A stretch of DNA of 64,000 bases, from NCBI GenBank assembly GCA_010093815.1, contig ML996574.1; one strand, 5' to 3'. The first letter of the stretch is position 1. Every line of letters starts with the position of its first letter. The notes under the pieces are model-generated. The model did not search any database and had not been told where the DNA came from. It worked only from the letters and a program-made list of their open reading frames with translations. Source of the stretch: Pseudovirgaria hyperparasitica (taxonomy: Eukaryota). This document shows, piece by piece, positions 60,664 through 64,000 of this stretch. Both the position numbers and the translations under genes were made by a program.

Positions 60664-61683
60664 TAGGCGCCGTCTTAACTTGTTGTCGTTTTATTATCGG
60701 CCATGCCCACGTGTCTACTCCTGACAGCCCCGCGGCATTATATTTTATAGCTATTACGAAGACACGGATTTCATTTGATGGCGTACATTGGCACATTGTA
60801 GAAAACATGGCGTTGGAATGTAGCAAGGTTAGAGACCATACATGGCTCACCGACGTCGCTGGAGCGTTTTCCCTTTAGTCTACACAAGGCTGTGCAAATA
60901 TAGCAATTGGATCATAAATCGAACAAATGAACACTGTTGCAAACATCACCAACACTATAATCAGTGACTGTTCCTCGTGCTTTTCTCCCGCAAGGCCGAT
61001 GTGACGTCGAGTTCTGAATCCTACGGTACTGCGCACGGACCACTAAAAAACTCGACGCTGAAGAGCTTCGTAGTTGACATTCCCGAGTTTGGTCCCAATG
61101 TGTGAACATTAACGCTTCTCCGAGCTGTCCTCGCCCACATAATATACATTAATCGCCAAGGTTGCCCATCATATTGCCACGATTGTGTCTTCCGCGCCTT
61201 ACGCGCCGAAATCTGCATTTCGCCCGTGGGACTACTGACCCGTCGGAACCAAAGCTCTCGTGGAAAGAGGCGGAATACAAGCGCCGACGAGCAGAAGGCG
61301 GCAAGGCAGCGAGACAAAGAGTTTGGGAAGCGCAGCACGGAGTTGCTCAGCCTACCAGTTCACTTTCCGTAGAGAGAGGTGTAGGGTCTGGTACAAACTT
61401 CGAAAGGTTCAGCAGTGCAGACGGTTCAATTAAGCGTGCCCTCAGTCCCTGGGAGGAATGGTACGGTGTATCGAATACGGTTGAACCAGTTCTTGAATTT
61501 CGCGGCACCCGAGATCCTTCTTGCAACTCCTACGCAGCCTCTTTCATCTCCCACGGAGATCCCCTGTCCCCCCACAAAGCCGTCTCTCACCGATCTGGAG
61601 AGCAACGATTTGGAAAGGAATGCATACTATATCATCGGAAGAGTCGTTCAAATTATAGAAAGGAGGCCGATCAGTCACAATAC

Positions 61684-64000
61684 ATGGTTGCTGCCTACAT
61701 CCAGGCTAGTCGAAGGTTATATGAATCAAGGATGAAGACGTATATCAAATTCCTTACGGCGCCGACTCTGGACACGCCAGGCACAGCGGTAGCTCTTCGA
61801 TTTGATCATGATAAGAGGAAATATTTATTTGGCAACATGTCCGAGGGCACCCAAAGAGCCGCAATAGGGATTCAAGGCAGCTTCAAACATGTCCATACCA
61901 TCTTCATGACTGGCAAGCTCGACTGGCATTCGATCGGAGGCCTGGTAGGAACACTTCTTACTGTCGCCGAAGCAAGAAGTGAGGACCGAGGGGTGAAATT
62001 TGATCTTGGAACTCGTGATATGATTGTACATGGGCCGCCAAATCTGAAGCAAGCTTTGGCGACTTGCAGACGGTTTGTCTTTCGGAAAGGGATTCCTGTG
62101 TACGCATTTGAGCATACGCCAAACGTGCCAAAGGCAGGCAACATAGCTGAACATCCCACCTGGCAGGATGATATTGTCAAGGCTTGGGCGATGGCCATAG
62201 AGCCATCACACCACAACCATAATGTTTCTGCCCCTGAAAACCCTCGGAAGCGAAGCTTTGATCAAGCCATGGGCTGGGCCAGTGATTTGACCAGTGAGCA
62301 ACAAGAAAAACAGTACAATCAGTTACGAGAGTCCATTGTCGGCGACATGTTCAACTCGAATTGGCGCATGGATGCTCTATATGACACAAATCTCCGCAAT
62401 GTGGAGCTGCCAGCAGAGATCTTCATTCGCGACCCCGATACAAAGGAGATCAAAAGGTATGAAGGGCCAGTGCCAGGAGACCTGCCATATCACCAGCTCC
62501 CTGACATAACTGTACTGGTGCGCAAGGCATGGCCAGCAGCCCTGGTTGGCAGACTACCTCCAACGAAGCCATCATCCGTTGCTGTATCGTATATCGCACG
62601 TACTCACCCAATACGAGGGAAGTTTGACCCTAAAAAGGCACTAGAGCTTGGTCTCAGGGATAAGACCAAGTACAAGGACATTGCCAAAGGTGAGCCAGTG
62701 GAGAATGACAAAGGAGAAATGATACAGCCAGATCAGGTTCTTGGCAAAGGCAGCTCTGGAGAAGCTTTCGCGATTATTGAGTTACCAGGCGTCGAATACG
62801 TCGAACCGCTAATTGCCAGAGCGGAGTGGAAAACACCACAACTCTTAGAGAACATGCAGCACATTGTGTGGATACTCGCTCCGGGCGTATTGGAACATAG
62901 GCCACTGCAAGACTTCATGCGAAAACTGAGCGACGATCTTGGTGTGCATCACATAGTCTCCTCGACAGACACTCATCCAGATCGTGCGCCGTTCATAAGT
63001 GCTGCTGGTCAGCATGCGAGACTCAACAAGATCGATCCCTGCAGGTTTCCAGCGCTTTCTTTTGATGACACTACCATCATACAGTCGCTTTCTGCAGGCA
63101 CGAATATCTCAGGTCACGAATTGAAAGATATCCCTACCCTCCATCCGCCTGCCGCAGGTATTGAGATGGCTACAGGATCTAAATTTGAACAGTCTGTGTA
63201 CAACCAACAGGTGCAGCTGGACATGGAAGAGGAGCTCAAGGTTCTCGACCCCTCAATTCTGAAGCTGTCCGAAGAAGCTGCTCAGAGGATCAAAGACGAC
63301 GCAGAAGCCTTGGACTTGTGGAAGAAAAAGATACCAGAACCAGATACGGAGGTCTTTTCCCTTGGAACAGGTTCGGCAGTGCCCTCGAATTATCGAAATG
63401 TATCTGCAACTCTCGTAAGAGTACCCGGGAAAGGTGCCTATCTCTTTGACGCTGGCGAGGGTACATGGGGACAAATACAACGAGTATTTGGACCGGAAGG
63501 GGCACGCGAAGTCATGAAAGAATTACGCATGATCTGGATAAGTCATATGCACGCCGACCACCATCTTGGCGTCACGTCTGTGATCCGCGCATGGCGAGAC
63601 ACCGTCCATGGCAAGCCCGGGACAGAAGGAACTGCCTCGTCCAAACAGCGCCTGGCCGTCATCTCCGCCGTTTACATGATCGACTGGCTCCGCGAGTATT
63701 CTGAAATCGAAGACTACGGCTATTCACATATTCTTCCTCTTGCTATTACTGCCGAACAAGACATGAAATCCTTGTCCGCCGTCTCGCGCAGCAACCTACA
63801 TCTTCATCCCAGTGACCCTGCCTCCACTTCCGACCCTGTCCCTTTCAAAGTCGCTGAATTGATGCGTCACACCCATCTCTCTGGAATCCGCGCCGTTACT
63901 GTCCACCATTGTCATGGTGCCCGGGCCGTGTCCATCGCCTTCCCATCTGGTCTCAAGATCAGCTACTCTGGCGATTGCCGGCCCTCACCCGCGTTCGCTA
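61684..64000 (+). CDS. TRZ1: tRNA 3' endonuclease RNase Z long form (ELAC2), 3'-truncated by the window; frame open upstream to 61153
   Basis: Frame +1 read by hand (absent from the ORF track): MKTYIKFLTAPTLDTPGT...YLFGNMSEGTQR, RGKFDPKKA, LGTGSAVPSNYRNVS, LFDAGEGT, ISHMHADHHLG, VHHCHGA, YSGDCRP. Confidence 0.93.
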   Translation, partial: MVAAYIQASRRLYESRMKTYIKFLTAPTLDTPGTAVALRFDHDKRKYLFGNMSEGTQRAAIGIQGSFKHVHTIFMTGKLDWHSIGGLVGTLLTVAEARSEDRGVKFDLGTRDMIVHGPPNLKQALATCRRFVFRKGIPVYAFEHTPNVPKAGNIAEHPTWQDDIVKAWAMAIEPSHHNHNVSAPENPRKRSFDQAMGWASDLTSEQQEKQYNQLRESIVGDMFNSNWRMDALYDTNLRNVELPAEIFIRDPDTKEIKRYEGPVPGDLPYHQLPDITVLVRKAWPAALVGRLPPTKPSSVAVSYIARTHPIRGKFDPKKALELGLRDKTKYKDIAKGEPVENDKGEMIQPDQVLGKGSSGEAFAIIELPGVEYVEPLIARAEWKTPQLLENMQHIVWILAPGVLEHRPLQDFMRKLSDDLGVHHIVSSTDTHPDRAPFISAAGQHARLNKIDPCRFPALSFDDTTIIQSLSAGTNISGHELKDIPTLHPPAAGIEMATGSKFEQSVYNQQVQLDMEEELKVLDPSILKLSEEAAQRIKDDAEALDLWKKKIPEPDTEVFSLGTGSAVPSNYRNVSATLVRVPGKGAYLFDAGEGTWGQIQRVFGPEGAREVMKELRMIWISHMHADHHLGVTSVIRAWRDTVHGKPGTEGTASSKQRLAVISAVYMIDWLREYSEIEDYGYSHILPLAITAEQDMKSLSAVSRSNLHLHPSDPASTSDPVPFKVAELMRHTHLSGIRAVTVHHCHGARAVSIAFPSGLKISYSGDCRPSPAFA

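Overview
Eukaryotic DNA from a filamentous ascomycete (Pezizomycotina, probably Dothideomycetes-like, judged from short 50-90 nt introns with GTRNGT donors, CTRAC branch points and YAG/AAG acceptors, plus a RIP-like AT-rich patch). About 26 protein-coding loci. Housekeeping genes: DRS1, SDO1, RPS18, carboxypeptidase Y, GH55 glucanase, class I/II aminotransferase, ARG4, ARL2, ferric reductase, Mup-type permease, PPR protein, histidine acid phosphatase, MOCS1/cnxABC, a bZIP factor and the 5' part of RNase Z. A more accessory stretch at about 33.3-46.9 kb holds a RIP-destroyed gene relic, an acidic orphan ORF, a small secreted effector-like gene and a tandem cluster of small Cys-rich ORFs. Most notable: (1) a MoaA/MoaC locus where an intron overlapping the MoaA Gly-Gly-stop can fuse the two ORFs, with MoaC carrying a long linker and two C-terminal hydrophobic helices; (2) a 177-codon AUG-free open frame upstream of RNase Z that starts like a mitochondrial presequence; (3) a GNAT acetyltransferase with five xPPHLR-type motifs and a duplicated, skippable exon; (4) the Cys-rich cluster. 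Exon boundaries were read by eye and family assignments come from recalled motifs; no database searches were run.
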